In this document: one piece after another, positions 10,609 through 25,760 of the stretch | Layout of the letters: each line of letters begins with the position of its first letter | Position numbering within the stretch: the stretch's first letter is position 1 | Assembly (NCBI GenBank): GCA_047601445.1 | Contig: JASGJH010000001.1 | Location: 1,344,001-1,408,000 of the forward strand | Direction: 5' to 3' | Length of the DNA stretch: 64,000 bases | From: Myxococcales bacterium | Lineage (GTDB): Bacteria; Myxococcota_A; Polyangia; Polyangiales; DASUME01 | Translations under genes and position numbers: made by a program | Notes under the pieces: model-generated | What the model was told of the DNA's origin: nothing | The model's database searches: none | Seen by the model: only the letters and a program-made list of their open reading frames with translations

Positions 10609-12147
10609 AGCTCGCGCGCGCATTGCTCCTGCTGTGGTTCACCTGTGCGAGCATCGCTTGCTCGTTGCTGGTGGACCCTGAGCGCAAGGCGCCGCGCTGC
10701 GTGCTCACCGAGGGCGTGCCGGATCCCTGCCCTGCGGGACGCGTGTGCCGCAGCGGCCGTTGCGAGCCCCTCGGCTGCGGCAGCGTCGAGAACTGCGGCG
10801 ACGGCGTGGACGACGACTGTGACGGCAAGATCGACGAGCGCATCGACGACGCCGAAGAGGTCTGCGGCGACCGCAAGGACAACGATTGCGACGGCAAGGT
10901 CGACGAACGCGAAGACACCAACATCGGGGAAATCTGCGGCAACGGCCTCGATGACGACTGCGACTCACGCTTCGACGAGGGCCATGATCAGGACTCCGAC
11001 GGCACCCCCTGGTGCGGCAATGCGAGCGCTGCGGGCGGCGGAGACACCGCGGATTGCGATGACTTCGACCCCTCGGTGCATCCCGGTCTCGACGAGATTC
11101 TGCGACGGGCGCGACAACGACTGCGATACCCGCGTAGACGAGACCACCAACAAGCCGCTCTGTGATCCGGGGCTCTCTTGCATCGGACAGCGCTGCACCG
11201 CACCCGATTGCACCCCGGACGGCAACGAGTGCCCGGCCGATCAACGCTGCGACCCCATGACGCTCCACTGTGTGGCCCTCGGCTGCACACCAGGCAGCTG
11301 CCCCAGCCCGCAGTACTGCGACCAGACGAGCGGCCAGTGCCGCACCACGCGACGTCCCAACGGGGATCCGTGCGTGGCCGATGGGGACTGCGTTTCCGGT
11401 TCGTGCGCGGACCGCGTCGCGCTCCGCTTGAAGGCCGAAGCGAGCCGCCTCTGCGTGCAGGCCTGCTGCGCAGACTCCGATTGCGCCACGGGCGAGCGTT
11501 GCCACGTCTCGGGCAGCGGAGCACGCTCGTGCCTGCCGTCGGCGCTGACCCCGAGGCCCTCCAACGCGCCGGCGCCGTGCACTGCCGACGACCAGTGTCC
11601 CCGCCAGACCTGCACCCTGGTGTCCGACCAAACCCTGTCGTCGCCCGCTGAGCCGGAGCGCCACGATTTGGTCGCCTCCAGCTGCGAGGCCGTCAGCTTC
11701 GGCTTTTCGCTGGGCGACGCCTGCAATTCGGACTCGGTCTGCGCCTCGAAGGCCTGCGTGCCGAGCCCTGGCCTGTTCCCGCCCAACGTCTGCTCGCGCC
11801 CGTGCGGCACGTCGGCCGACTGCAAGGATCTCGAGATGGCGGCGGACGGCCTGTTCGCCTCCCGACCCCGCAGCTATTGCCGCTTCGTGACCAAGGGCCC
11901 CGGCCAGGACTACCTACCGATCTGCGTGTTGCCCCAGAACACCATGGGGGCCGGGGGGTTTGGCTCGCGCTGCGCGAACGGAAGCAACTGCCTGGAGGGC
12001 GCCTGCGTGGGTGCGGCCGGGGAGACCCCCGGTATGTGTTCGATAGCTTGCTGTCGAGACAGCGACTGCCCTGGCCTGACTACGGGCCCCACCAAGTGTC
12101 GGCCGGTGGCGTTTGGTGAGCACTTCGAGATGCGCTGCATGCCCTGA
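10605..12147 (+). CDS. Cys-rich lipoprotein with repeated putative metal-binding motifs (E-x-C-G-D-G-x-D-D-D-C-D-G), one extra base near 11098
   Basis: Lipobox SIAC; four DDDCDG/DNDCD repeats; many CxxDxDC modules across two ORFs joined by a 1-nt shift. Confidence 0.75.
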
Positions 12148-12241
12148 GGTCGGATGGGGCCTACGGCCAGGGTGGAAGCGCACGTCGGTCACCGAAGACA
12201 TCACCCCTGACACCGAGGCACTGCTACACTCGGCCGTCGGC

Positions 12242-13831
<1,590 letters not shown>

Positions 13832-13837
13832 GACGGG

Positions 13838-16222
<2,385 letters not shown>

Positions 16223-16315
16223 GGCTACACTCGCTGCCTGAGGTGTGAGCACGCGTCGCCGAGCGGCGAGCGCGCGTTGAGACTTACCCCAAGCGTAGGT
16301 TGAGAACGGACTCGC

Positions 16316-17986
16316 TCAGCGGCCGCGACGGGAAGGCGCGAATGCGTCTGGCAGTTTGAGCTCGTCATCGCCGCCGCTGTTGGAGCCTCCCGAAGAGGAG
16401 GCCGCAGCGCGCTTACGTAGCACCAACTGCACCGCCGTGGGATCGTGCTCCGCCTTCAGCTCGGTCTTGGCGGTACGAAAGCCCGACTTACTGGCCTCGA
16501 CCGTCACGAGACTGTCGCGCACGACGCTGAAACTGCACGGCGTCGGGTCACAGCCAGCCTTGCCGTCCACGCTGATGGTGGCTCCGGGTGGGTCGGTCTG
16601 CACGCTGACCAGCACCTTGGCCGGCACCGCGTTGACCGGCTCGGGGCTCGGCACCGGCGCGCTCGGAGGGGCGGAGCTGGGTGTGCTGGGCAAGACCGGG
16701 ACGGCCACACTGCCGGTAGCAGGGATAGCCGGCGGTTGCTGCGCCACGGCCGGTGCCTCCTCGGACTTGCCACGCATCAGCACGGCGCCCGCGCCGCCCA
16801 CGAGCACCGCGGCCACGGCGCCGAGGATCATGAACTTGGGGCCGTTGTTCCTGCTCGCCTCGCGGCCGGGGAACTCGGACGCTTCCGAGGGCATCATCAA
16901 GCGCGCCGCAGGCTTCTCGCCCGAGGCTTTCTCCTGGTAGCCGTGGTGAGTGACGGTCCCGGGCGGCGGCGCGATGGAGGCGGCGGAGTTCGGCGCACGA
17001 TTGAGGGCGTTCGTCAGATCGACGATCAGCTCCTCCATGTTCTGGTAACGCTGGTCGGCATCCTTGGCGAGCGCCTTGAAGACGATGCGCTCGAGGTCCG
17101 GCGGCACGTTGCAGTTCGGGTTCTGCACCTTGAGCGGCTGCGGCTGCTCGAACATGTGCTGCGTGAGGATGCCCATGAACGTGTCGCCCACGAAGGGCAC
17201 GCGTCCCGTGAGCAACTCGTACATGATCACGCCCATCGCGTAGACGTCGACGCGGTGATCGAGCTTCTTTCCGCTCGCCTGCTCGGGGGACATGTACTCG
17301 GGGGTGCCGAAGATCATGCCGGTCTTGGTGAGCTTGCGACCGGGCTGTCCGTCGGTCTCGATGTCGCTCATCTTGGCGATGCCGAAGTCCACGATCTTCA
17401 CGAAGTCTTCGCCGGTGTCCCGGTTCACCATGAAGATGTTCTCGGGCTTCATGTCGCGATGGACGATGCCCTTGGCGTGGGCGGCACCGAGCGCGCGAGC
17501 GCACTGCAGGCACAGGGTGATGGTGCGGCGCGGTGAAAGCGGGCCCTTCTTCTCGAGCTCGTGGGCCAGGTCCTGACCGTTGAGCAGCTCCATCACGAAG
17601 TAGCTGGCGCCGTTCGGGGTCTCGCCGAAGTCGGAGATGTCGATGATGTGCTCGTGGCCGATGCGGGAGGCGCTCTTGGCCTCCTGACGGAAGCGCTCCA
17701 CGACGTCCTGGCGACTGGAGAAGTCCTCGCGCAGGACCTTCAACCCAACGCGCTTCTCGATGACGATGTGCTCCGCCTCGTAGACGATGCCCATGCCGCC
17801 TTCGCCGATCTTGCGAATGATGCGGTAGCGTCCGCCCAGGATCTGCCCCAGCAGCGGATCCGTGGAACGGCCGCCAGGTCGAGACTCAGCCTTCGGTCCG
17901 AGACGTGCTCCGTCGTTCGGGCAAAAAACCTCGCCCCCTTCGTACTCGAGCGCGCACTGAGGACAAACTGTAGTCTGAGCCGCCAC
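16316..17986 (-). CDS. Ser/Thr protein kinase with N-terminal zinc-ribbon-like motif, TM helix and PEGA-like domain
   Basis: CPQC...CPNDG; GEGGMGIVY, HRDMKPEN, DFGIAK, GTPEYMSPEQ. Confidence 0.93.
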   Translation of the reverse strand: MAAQTTVCPQCALEYEGGEVFCPNDGARLGPKAESRPGGRSTDPLLGQILGGRYRIIRKIGEGGMGIVYEAEHIVIEKRVGLKVLREDFSSRQDVVERFRQEAKSASRIGHEHIIDISDFGETPNGASYFVMELLNGQDLAHELEKKGPLSPRRTITLCLQCARALGAAHAKGIVHRDMKPENIFMVNRDTGEDFVKIVDFGIAKMSDIETDGQPGRKLTKTGMIFGTPEYMSPEQASGKKLDHRVDVYAMGVIMYELLTGRVPFVGDTFMGILTQHMFEQPQPLKVQNPNCNVPPDLERIVFKALAKDADQRYQNMEELIVDLTNALNRAPNSAASIAPPPGTVTHHGYQEKASGEKPAARLMMPSEASEFPGREASRNNGPKFMILGAVAAVLVGGAGAVLMRGKSEEAPAVAQQPPAIPATGSVAVPVLPSTPSSAPPSAPVPSPEPVNAVPAKVLVSVQTDPPGATISVDGKAGCDPTPCSFSVVRDSLVTVEASKSGFRTAKTELKAEHDPTAVQLVLRKRAAASSSGGSNSGGDDELKLPDAFAPSRRGR

Positions 17987-18171
17987 CGGTGTGCGGAAGG
18001 TATCACCAGTGTCCAGTCAGGGTCAATTGAGGCCCCTACCCGTGACACGAATGAGGACCCCGTGTAGACCCCGCGCCAAGCGCCCGCTGTGCCGGGGCAG
18101 GTGTGGGCTTCCGCGCATAGCGCGCCCGGACCCGGTCGGCGTGACGGCGCGCGGGATGAGGTAGGCAAGCG

Positions 18172-19132
18172 ATGCTTCGTAGGGTTTCGGCGATCGGACT
18201 GGGGTTGTTGGCGGGTGCGTGCGCCCATCAGGGCGGGCGGCTGGAGACCAACCGCTATCAACACGACGAGTATCCCTATGCCGTCTTCTACACCTCCGAA
18301 GGCGATCCCATGAAGCCCATGGGCCCCAACTGGCGCGTGGACAACTTCACCTACCAGGCGACCTACAAGAAGTACGAGCCCAAGAAGGGCCCCGAGTACG
18401 TCACCGTGCGCCGCTACGACAACGATGGCAACGGGGAGGCCGAGACCGTTCGCAAGGAGCCCTTCTACGATCTCCTGCTCGACCACGTGCAGAAAGACGC
18501 CGAGATGTGGGTGCGAACCGTGCCGATTTCCCCCTCGGACAACGAGAAAGAATCTCTCGGTGTTCGCGGAGCGCTACGTGGACTCCGTGGCCGGTTCGGG
18601 CAGCGTGGTGGTGCGCTTCGGTGCGGAGGGAGCCCTGGGCGGCATCGAGCGGCGCTTCGCCTCGCGCGTGCTCCAGTCGAGCCCGTGCACCGTGTCCAAG
18701 CACGAGGCCTATCGGGTGGACTTCGAGGTGGCCAACGTGGACCAGCTGCAGCTCTCGGACCAGGCGCGCTGGCAGCGCGGCGCGGTGGTCTTCGTGCGCA
18801 CCAAGTACCAGCACCTCGCCGGTACCACCATGCAGAATACGAAGACGTTCTACCCGGTCGTGATGGCGATCGGCATGTCGGCCCGGCCCCAGGATTTCGC
18901 AGGCCTCGAGGAGGATTTCGAGCGTCTGCTCAAGCAGACTGTGCTGGGTGAGGTCGGGCGGGGACTCTCCATGAACGGCGAGACCACCTGCGCCCTCGCC
19001 GCGCAGCCGCCCGTCAGCGGAGGAGAGGCCACGCCGGCCTCCGACGTGGAGCAGAACGAGGCGGCCCAGGTTCCGTTGGCCCCCGAAGCCATGCCCCAGC
19101 CCGAGACCGCGCCTGCTCCAGCCAATCCCTGA
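18172..19132 (+). CDS. Hypothetical lipoprotein, one extra base near 18551
   Basis: Lipobox LAGAC; coding-like frame switches between ORFs 18172..18951 and 18425..19132. Confidence 0.7.
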
Positions 19133-19182
19133 GCCCTCCCCTTCGTTGAAGGCCGCTCAGCGGCTTGCTAGCGTCGCCCGAC

Positions 19183-20985
19183 ATGCCGCGCATTCATATC
19201 CTCGAGGGTGCGCTCGCAGACCAAATCGCTGCAGGTGAGGTCGTCGAGCGACCCGCCAGCGTGATCAAGGAACTGCTCGAGAACGCCCTCGATGCAGGCG
19301 CACGCAGTGTGCAGGTCGACATCGAGGAAGGGGGCTCGCAACTGATGCGGGTCACCGACGACGGCATCGGCATGGATCGCGAGGACGCCTCGCGCTGCGT
19401 GCTGCGACACGCCACCAGCAAGATCCGGGTGCAAACCGATCTCGAGGCCATTTTGACCCTGGGTTTTCGGGGCGAAGCCCTGCCCTCCATCGCTTCGGTG
19501 TCTCGGCTCAAGCTGCTGACGCGCACCCGGGGCCAGGTGGAGGGATCCGAGGTGCTGGTGGAGGCTGGCGCGCCCCCACGGGTGAGCCCCGCAGGCTGTG
19601 CGGTGGGCACTAGCGTCGAGATCCGGGACCTCTTCTTCAACGTGCCCGCGCGCAAGAAGTTCCTGAAGGCGCCCGCGGCGGAGAGCGCCCAGATCGGGGA
19701 AGTCTGCCTACGCGCCGTGCTGACCCTGCCGGAATTGCGGTTGGTCTTGGTGCGCGACGGCAAGCGGGTGAAGGAGTACCTGCCCGTTGCCGACTGGGCT
19801 GCCCGCGCCGCGCTGGTGATGAGCGGCAAGCAGGTGCGCGTGGAAGGCGAGCGACGGGGACTCCGGGTGCGCGCTCTCTTGGGAGCGCCGGAAGAGGCTC
19901 GCTCGGGTGCGGGGGCGCTCCATGTGTTCGTCAACGGCCGGCCGGTGCGAGAGCGTCAACTCTCGCGCAGCGTGGCCTTCGCCTACGGCAGCGTGATGCC
20001 GCCCGGGCGCTATCCCGTGGGTGTGGTCCACCTCGAGCTGGACCCGCACGAAGTCGACGTGAACGTGCATCCCCAGAAAGCCGAGGTGCGCTTTCAGCGC
20101 GGGCGCGAGATCATGGACGCGCTCACCCACGTGCTCGCCCAGGGCCTCGGAACCTCCGCCTTCAAGGGACCTGCCGCGCGCGGCCCGGCCTTCTGGAGCG
20201 AGCGTTTGCCTGTGGGCCCGCTGAGCGGCGCGACTTCCACGGGTAACTCGCCGGCGGCTCCACCCGAGGCCGATCCATGGGGACTCGCAGACCTGGCCCC
20301 CCACGATCATCGGCCAGCCCCCCTGCCCTACGATCTCGGCGCTTCTCAGGCGGCCCTCGCTCGCGACCTCGCGGCAGCGCCTGCCTCGCCGTTGCCCATG
20401 CTCGACGGACCTCCGGCGCTGCGCGCGCTGGCCCAATCGAAGCGTCTGTACATCCTGTGCGAGAGCGAGCGTGGCCTGTGCGTGATCGACCAACACGCGG
20501 CCGACGAGCGCATCCACTACGACCGACTGCGCCGTCAGTTCGCTGCCGGGGAGGTCAAGCAGCAGCGGCTGCTGCTGCCCGAGAAGGTGGAGCTCAGCGA
20601 GCGCGAGACCCAGCTGGTGGAGAGCCACGCCGAGAGCATCGCCCGGGCCGGCATCGAGGCGAGCCCGATCGGCCCGAGTACTGTGGCCATTCACAGCGTG
20701 CCAGCCCTGCTTCGTCGTTCATCCCCCGAGCGCCTGCTGCGCGATTTGTTGTCGGAGCTAACCCGCACTGGAGAGCGCAACTTCGGCGACGCCATCGACA
20801 TGGCGTTGGCTACCATGGCCTGTCACGGAGCGATCCGCGCGGGCGATCCGCTGTCGTTGCCGGAGTGCCAGGCCCTGCTCGACGCGCTCGTCCGCATCGA
20901 CGACTTCGGCGGTCACTGCCCGCACGGTCGCCCCATCGTGTTCGAAATCCCGTTCGACGAGCTCGCGCGCAAGGTCGGTCGATGA
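19183..20985 (+). CDS. mutL: DNA mismatch repair endonuclease MutL
   Basis: IAAGEVVERPASVIKELLENALDA, GFRGEAL, DVNVHPQK, DQHAADERI, CPHGRP. Confidence 0.96.
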   Translation: MPRIHILEGALADQIAAGEVVERPASVIKELLENALDAGARSVQVDIEEGGSQLMRVTDDGIGMDREDASRCVLRHATSKIRVQTDLEAILTLGFRGEALPSIASVSRLKLLTRTRGQVEGSEVLVEAGAPPRVSPAGCAVGTSVEIRDLFFNVPARKKFLKAPAAESAQIGEVCLRAVLTLPELRLVLVRDGKRVKEYLPVADWAARAALVMSGKQVRVEGERRGLRVRALLGAPEEARSGAGALHVFVNGRPVRERQLSRSVAFAYGSVMPPGRYPVGVVHLELDPHEVDVNVHPQKAEVRFQRGREIMDALTHVLAQGLGTSAFKGPAARGPAFWSERLPVGPLSGATSTGNSPAAPPEADPWGLADLAPHDHRPAPLPYDLGASQAALARDLAAAPASPLPMLDGPPALRALAQSKRLYILCESERGLCVIDQHAADERIHYDRLRRQFAAGEVKQQRLLLPEKVELSERETQLVESHAESIARAGIEASPIGPSTVAIHSVPALLRRSSPERLLRDLLSELTRTGERNFGDAIDMALATMACHGAIRAGDPLSLPECQALLDALVRIDDFGGHCPHGRPIVFEIPFDELARKVGR

Positions 20986-21929
20986 GCGACTCAGCGCGTC
21001 CTCAGCAGCCCCTGCTGGTGATCACGGGGCCCACGGCAAGCGGCAAGACGGCGCTCGGCCTCGAGCTCGCGCGCATCTTCGGGGGCGAGTTGATCGGTGC
21101 CGACAGCGTACAGGTCTACCGCGGCTTCGACATCGGGTCCTCCAAGCCGACCGCCGCCGAGCTCGGGGGCATCCCCCATCATCTGCTCGACGTGCGCCCT
21201 GCAGATCAGCCTCTGGACGCGGTGGACTTCGCGGCCATGGCGGACGCCGCCATCGAGGGTACTCGCGCTCGGGGCCACGTCCCCATCGTGGTGGGGGGCT
21301 CGGGGCTCTGGCTCCGCGCGCTGTTACGGGGCCTGGTCGAGTTGCCACCGGTGGATGCGGCCCTGCGTGAGCGTCTCGACGAGGAAGCGCGCGCACTCGG
21401 CACGGAAGCGCTGCACCAGCGTCTGCAGACCATCGACCCCCTGGCCGCCAAGGACATCCATCCCAACGACCGCGTGCGCGTGGTGCGCGCCCTCGAGGTC
21501 TTCGAGCAAACCGGCCGACCGCTCGGCTCCCTGCGCGCGGCCCACGCCCTCGGCAGCCCGCGCTATCGCGCGCTTCGCATCGTGCTCGAGGTGACGCCGG
21601 ACGAGCTTACGCGGCGCATCGAGGCGCGCACCGAGCAGATGTTGGCACAGGGCCTGATCGAGGAGGTGCGTGGGCTGCTCACGTCCTATCCACGTGACAC
21701 GCGTGCGCTCGGTTCCGTGGGCTATCGCGAGGTCGTGGAGCACCTCTGTGACGGCGTCTCGCTCGAGGAAACGCAGCGTAAGATCAACCAAGTCACACGC
21801 ATCTACGCCCGCCGCCAACGCACCTGGCTCAACAACGAACCCGGTGAACTCTGGCTGACCACCCGCGAGCGCGTCCTGTCCCAAGAAGGGCTCGCGCGGT
21901 TGCGCGCGTTCTGGGCCGGGCCGAGCTAA
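20982..21929 (+). CDS. miaA: tRNA dimethylallyltransferase
   Basis: [43 protein letters not shown] overlap with mutL. Confidence 0.96.
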   Translation: MSDSARPQQPLLVITGPTASGKTALGLELARIFGGELIGADSVQVYRGFDIGSSKPTAAELGGIPHHLLDVRPADQPLDAVDFAAMADAAIEGTRARGHVPIVVGGSGLWLRALLRGLVELPPVDAALRERLDEEARALGTEALHQRLQTIDPLAAKDIHPNDRVRVVRALEVFEQTGRPLGSLRAAHALGSPRYRALRIVLEVTPDELTRRIEARTEQMLAQGLIEEVRGLLTSYPRDTRALGSVGYREVVEHLCDGVSLEETQRKINQVTRIYARRQRTWLNNEPGELWLTTRERVLSQEGLARLRAFWAGPS

Positions 21930-21978
21930 CGCGCGTCGGGCCTTGGCTGGACTTTGGCGACCCGCGTATTCTTCCCGC

Positions 21979-23712
21979 ATGGCCAAGAAGAAATCCTCCG
22001 ACGTCGAAGCGGGCGGGTCCGCCCGCGAGCCAAATAAAGAGCGTCGCAAGTACTCCTCCCAGGTGGTCGACGGTGTCGAGCGCGCACCGAGCCGCGCCAT
22101 GCTGCGCGCCGTCGGCTTCTCCAGCAAGGACTTCAAGCGCCCTCAAATCGGCATCGCTTCCACTTGGTCGATGGTGACGCCCTGCAACATGCACATCGAC
22201 GGCTTGGCCAAGGAAGCCGCTCGCGGCGTGGACGATGCGGGCGGCAAGGCCGTGGAGTTCGGGACCATTACCATCTCCGACGGCATTTCGATGGGCACCG
22301 AGGGCATGAAGTACTCGCTCGTGTCGCGCGAGGTGATCGCAGATTCCATCGAGACGGTGGCGGGTTGCCAGGGTTTCGACGGGGTGATCGCCATCGGCGG
22401 CTGCGACAAGAACATGCCCGGCTGCTTGATGGGCCTGGCGCGCCTGAATCGCCCGAGTGTCTTCGTGTATGGCGGCAGCATCAAGCCCGGCAAGCTCGAC
22501 GGTCAGAGCCTCGACGTGGTCTCGGTGTTCGAGGCGGTGGGCGCCCACGCGGGCGGCAAGATCAGCGACAAGAAGCTGATCCAGATCGAGTCCGAAGCCA
22601 TTCCCGGGCCGGGCTCCTGTGGCGGCATGTACACTGCCAACACGATGGCCTCCGCCGTGGAAGCCCTCGGCATGAGCCTGCCCAACAGCTCCTCGCAGAT
22701 GGCTGAGGGCAAGGACAAGGTGAGCGACTGCTTTCGAGCGGGACAGGCCGTCCTGCATCTGCTCAAGAGGGGCATCCTGCCGAGCGACATCATGGTGCGC
22801 GAGGCCTTCGAGAACGCCATCACGGTGACTATTGCACTGGGCGGCTCCACCAACGCCGTGCTGCACATGCTCGCCATCGCCCATTCGGCCGGCGTGAAGC
22901 TCTCCATCGATGACTTCACCCGCATCGGCAAGCGCGTCCCCGTGCTGGCTGACCTCAAGCCGAGCGGGCGCTTCTCCATGGCCGATCTGGTGAAAATCGG
23001 CGGCATCACGCCGCTCATGAAGACCTTGCTCGACGCGGGCCTGCTCCACGGCGGGGTCATGACCGTCAGTGGCAAGACCTTGAAGGAGAATCTCAAGAGC
23101 GAGGGCAGCTACCCGAAGCACCAGGAAATCGTCCACAGCTTGAAAGACCCCATCAAGAAGGACAGCCACCTGGTAGTGCTCTACGGAAACCTCGCTCCCG
23201 AGGGAGCCGTGGCCAAGATCAGCGGCAAAGAGGGCCTGCGCTTCTCGGGCAAGGCACGCGTGTTCGGGTCCGAGGAGGAGGGTCTCGCCCGCATCCTCGA
23301 TGGCACGGTGAAGAAGGGCGACGTGATCGTGATCCGCTACGAGGGCCCCAAGGGCGGCCCGGGGATGCGCGAGATGCTCGGACCCACCAGTGCCGTCATG
23401 GGCAAGGGCCTGGGCAAGGATGTGGCGTTCATCACGGACGGGCGCTTTTCGGGCGGTACCCACGGCTTCGTGGTCGGACACATCACCCCCGAGGCCCACG
23501 TGGGCGGGCCGCTCGCCATCGTCAAGAACGGTGATCCCATCACCATCGACGCCGAGAAACGCACGCTGACCCTCGGCGTTCCGCAAAAAGAGATCGCTGC
23601 GCGTCTCAAGAAGTGGAAGGCGCCCAAGCCGCGCTACGTGCGCGGGGTGCTCGCCAAGTACGCCGCCTGCGTCTCGAGCGCGAGCGAAGGGGCCGTGACC
23701 GACAAGAGCTGA
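21979..23712 (+). CDS. ilvD: Dihydroxy-acid dehydratase
   Basis: [40 protein letters not shown]. Confidence 0.96.
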   Translation: MAKKKSSDVEAGGSAREPNKERRKYSSQVVDGVERAPSRAMLRAVGFSSKDFKRPQIGIASTWSMVTPCNMHIDGLAKEAARGVDDAGGKAVEFGTITISDGISMGTEGMKYSLVSREVIADSIETVAGCQGFDGVIAIGGCDKNMPGCLMGLARLNRPSVFVYGGSIKPGKLDGQSLDVVSVFEAVGAHAGGKISDKKLIQIESEAIPGPGSCGGMYTANTMASAVEALGMSLPNSSSQMAEGKDKVSDCFRAGQAVLHLLKRGILPSDIMVREAFENAITVTIALGGSTNAVLHMLAIAHSAGVKLSIDDFTRIGKRVPVLADLKPSGRFSMADLVKIGGITPLMKTLLDAGLLHGGVMTVSGKTLKENLKSEGSYPKHQEIVHSLKDPIKKDSHLVVLYGNLAPEGAVAKISGKEGLRFSGKARVFGSEEEGLARILDGTVKKGDVIVIRYEGPKGGPGMREMLGPTSAVMGKGLGKDVAFITDGRFSGGTHGFVVGHITPEAHVGGPLAIVKNGDPITIDAEKRTLTLGVPQKEIAARLKKWKAPKPRYVRGVLAKYAACVSSASEGAVTDKS

Positions 23713-23732
23713 AGCCGGGTTATGCTGCGCGC

Positions 23733-24248
23733 ATGCGCAATCGCAGCCACGGCAGCGGGGAGTTTCGGCCCGACCAGCTAGCCCGCCTCGGACCCGACTG
23801 TGTGTTCGAGACCGGCGTTCTCGTCTTCCACCCCGAGAACGTGTACTTGGGCAAGAACGTCTACGTGGGGCATTACGCCATCCTCAAGGGCTACTACAAG
23901 AACCAGCTCGAGATCGGCGACGAGACCTGGATCGGCCAGCAGTGCTTCCTGCACGCTGCCGGGGGGCTCGTGATCGGGAGCCAGGTTGGCATCGGGCCCG
24001 GCGTGAAGGTGCTGACCTCCCAACACACCGAGGCCGGACGCGACATCCCCATTTACAACGCCCCGGTGGAGTTTCGACAGGTGGTCATCGAAGACGGCGC
24101 GGACATCGGTGCGGGCGCCGTGATCCTGCCCGGGGTGCGCATCGGACGCGGTGCCCAGGTCGGCGCAGGCGCCGTGGTGACGCGCGACATCCCGGCTTTC
24201 ACCATTGCTGCGGGTTCCCCCGCCAAGGTCATGAGGGCCCGTCCATGA
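23733..24248 (+). CDS. Hexapeptide-repeat (LbH) acyltransferase
   Basis: Repeated [LIV]G-x4 hexapeptides, [17 protein letters not shown]. Confidence 0.88.
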   Translation: MRNRSHGSGEFRPDQLARLGPDCVFETGVLVFHPENVYLGKNVYVGHYAILKGYYKNQLEIGDETWIGQQCFLHAAGGLVIGSQVGIGPGVKVLTSQHTEAGRDIPIYNAPVEFRQVVIEDGADIGAGAVILPGVRIGRGAQVGAGAVVTRDIPAFTIAAGSPAKVMRARP

Positions 24249-24964
24249 GCACGAACAAACAGCCCAGCCTGGCCATCATCATCTTCGCCTTCAACGAGAG
24301 CGAGAACGTGCGGCCCATCCTCGAGGAGCTCTCGCGCTGGCTCGATGTCCATGAGCCCGACAGCGAGATCGTATTCGTGGACGACGGCTCCAAGGACGAC
24401 ACCCTCGCCGTCGCGCGCAACGTGCTGCTCGAATCGGGCAAGACCCGCCGCGCGGTATGCCTGCGCCACCCGACCAACCGCGGCATCGGCGCCGCGCTCA
24501 AGACCGGCGTGGCCGCCTGCACCGCCGACTGGGTCACCTTCTTGCCCGCCGACGGGCAAATCGAGCCCGAGGCGATCGCCACCCTGCGCACCGCGGCCGC
24601 CCCGGGCGACGTGGACGTGGTGTTTTCCGTCTACGACGACCGCAACGACGGACTCGACCGCAAGCTGCTCTCGTTCGGGGTACGGGCCCTCATCACCCTG
24701 ATCCATGGCGTGCGGGTGCGCAGCGACGGCCCCTACCTGTTCCGCCGCGAGCTGTTCGACGCCGAGCAGCTGAAACCCGACACTTTCTTTTTGAACTTCG
24801 AGTTTCCCATCCGGGTTCGCGCGGCCGGCCTGCCCCAGCGCACCGTACCCATTCGGTGCCGCCCACGCCGCGCCGGGTTCTCCAAGTCGACCGGCCTAAA
24901 GCGCGTGGCGGGCGTGGCCCGTGACCTGCTCGAGCTGCGCGTGCGGCGCGCGCGGGGGCTCTAG
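24245..24964 (+). CDS. Glycosyltransferase family 2 (DPM-synthase-like)
   Basis: [33 protein letters not shown]; overlaps the upstream stop codon. Confidence 0.88.
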   Translation: MSTNKQPSLAIIIFAFNESENVRPILEELSRWLDVHEPDSEIVFVDDGSKDDTLAVARNVLLESGKTRRAVCLRHPTNRGIGAALKTGVAACTADWVTFLPADGQIEPEAIATLRTAAAPGDVDVVFSVYDDRNDGLDRKLLSFGVRALITLIHGVRVRSDGPYLFRRELFDAEQLKPDTFFLNFEFPIRVRAAGLPQRTVPIRCRPRRAGFSKSTGLKRVAGVARDLLELRVRRARGL

Positions 24965-25025
24965 TCGAGACGGGCGTGCCTGTCGGTTGGTTGCGCGCGG
25001 ACGCCTTTTGCGGTTCTCTCCTGTC

Positions 25026-25748
25026 ATGGACCGCGAAGAAGCCATGAGCGACGAAGATCTCGACGAGCTCGAGGCCCTGTTGTCCGAGGTCGAGCAGTGC
25101 CTCTCCGAAGGGGACGTCGAGGGGGCCCGTGCGGCGCTCGAGGCCGCCGAGGAAATGGCCGGCCCGGACGATCCGGACGTCGGCTATGGACGGGCCCTGA
25201 TCATGCTCGAGACGGGCGACGTGGAGAATGCCGTCTCGGAGCTCAAGCGCGTCCTCGAGACCGATCCCGACTTCGCGGACGCCCACCACACCCTGGGGCT
25301 CGCGCTGGAGGAGCTCGGTGACGAGCAAGGCATGATCGACCACTTCATGCGCACCCGCGTGCTCGACGCCAAGCTCGACAAGGACCGCAACGTGGGCACC
25401 CCGGACGAGCTCGCGCTCATCGAGCGCGTAGCCCGCGAGACCATCGAATCGCTGCCCGAGGAGTTCGGGGAGCGCCTCAAGAACGTGCCCATCATCCTCG
25501 AGCACCGCCCGAGCCGCAGCATCGTGGAGAGCGGCTTCGACCCGCGCGCCTTCGGCCTCTTCGAAGGGCCCGAACACGGCCGCGACGACGTACCCGCTCC
25601 CACCCGCGTGGTGCTCTTCACGAGCAACCTGCTAGCGAGCTTCGCCGACGACGACCTCGAGGAGCAGGTGGAGATCACCGTCCTCCACGAGGTAGGCCAT
25701 TACTTCGGCCTCGACGAAGACGACATGGTGCGCCTCGGGCTCGACTGA
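25026..25748 (+). CDS. TPR plus minimal zincin (Zincin_1) metallopeptidase
   Basis: TPR-like helices followed by GLFEG, RVVLF and TVLHEVGHYFGLDEDD. Confidence 0.85.
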   Translation: MDREEAMSDEDLDELEALLSEVEQCLSEGDVEGARAALEAAEEMAGPDDPDVGYGRALIMLETGDVENAVSELKRVLETDPDFADAHHTLGLALEELGDEQGMIDHFMRTRVLDAKLDKDRNVGTPDELALIERVARETIESLPEEFGERLKNVPIILEHRPSRSIVESGFDPRAFGLFEGPEHGRDDVPAPTRVVLFTSNLLASFADDDLEEQVEITVLHEVGHYFGLDEDDMVRLGLD

Positions 25749-25760
25749 GGCCGCAGTCGC

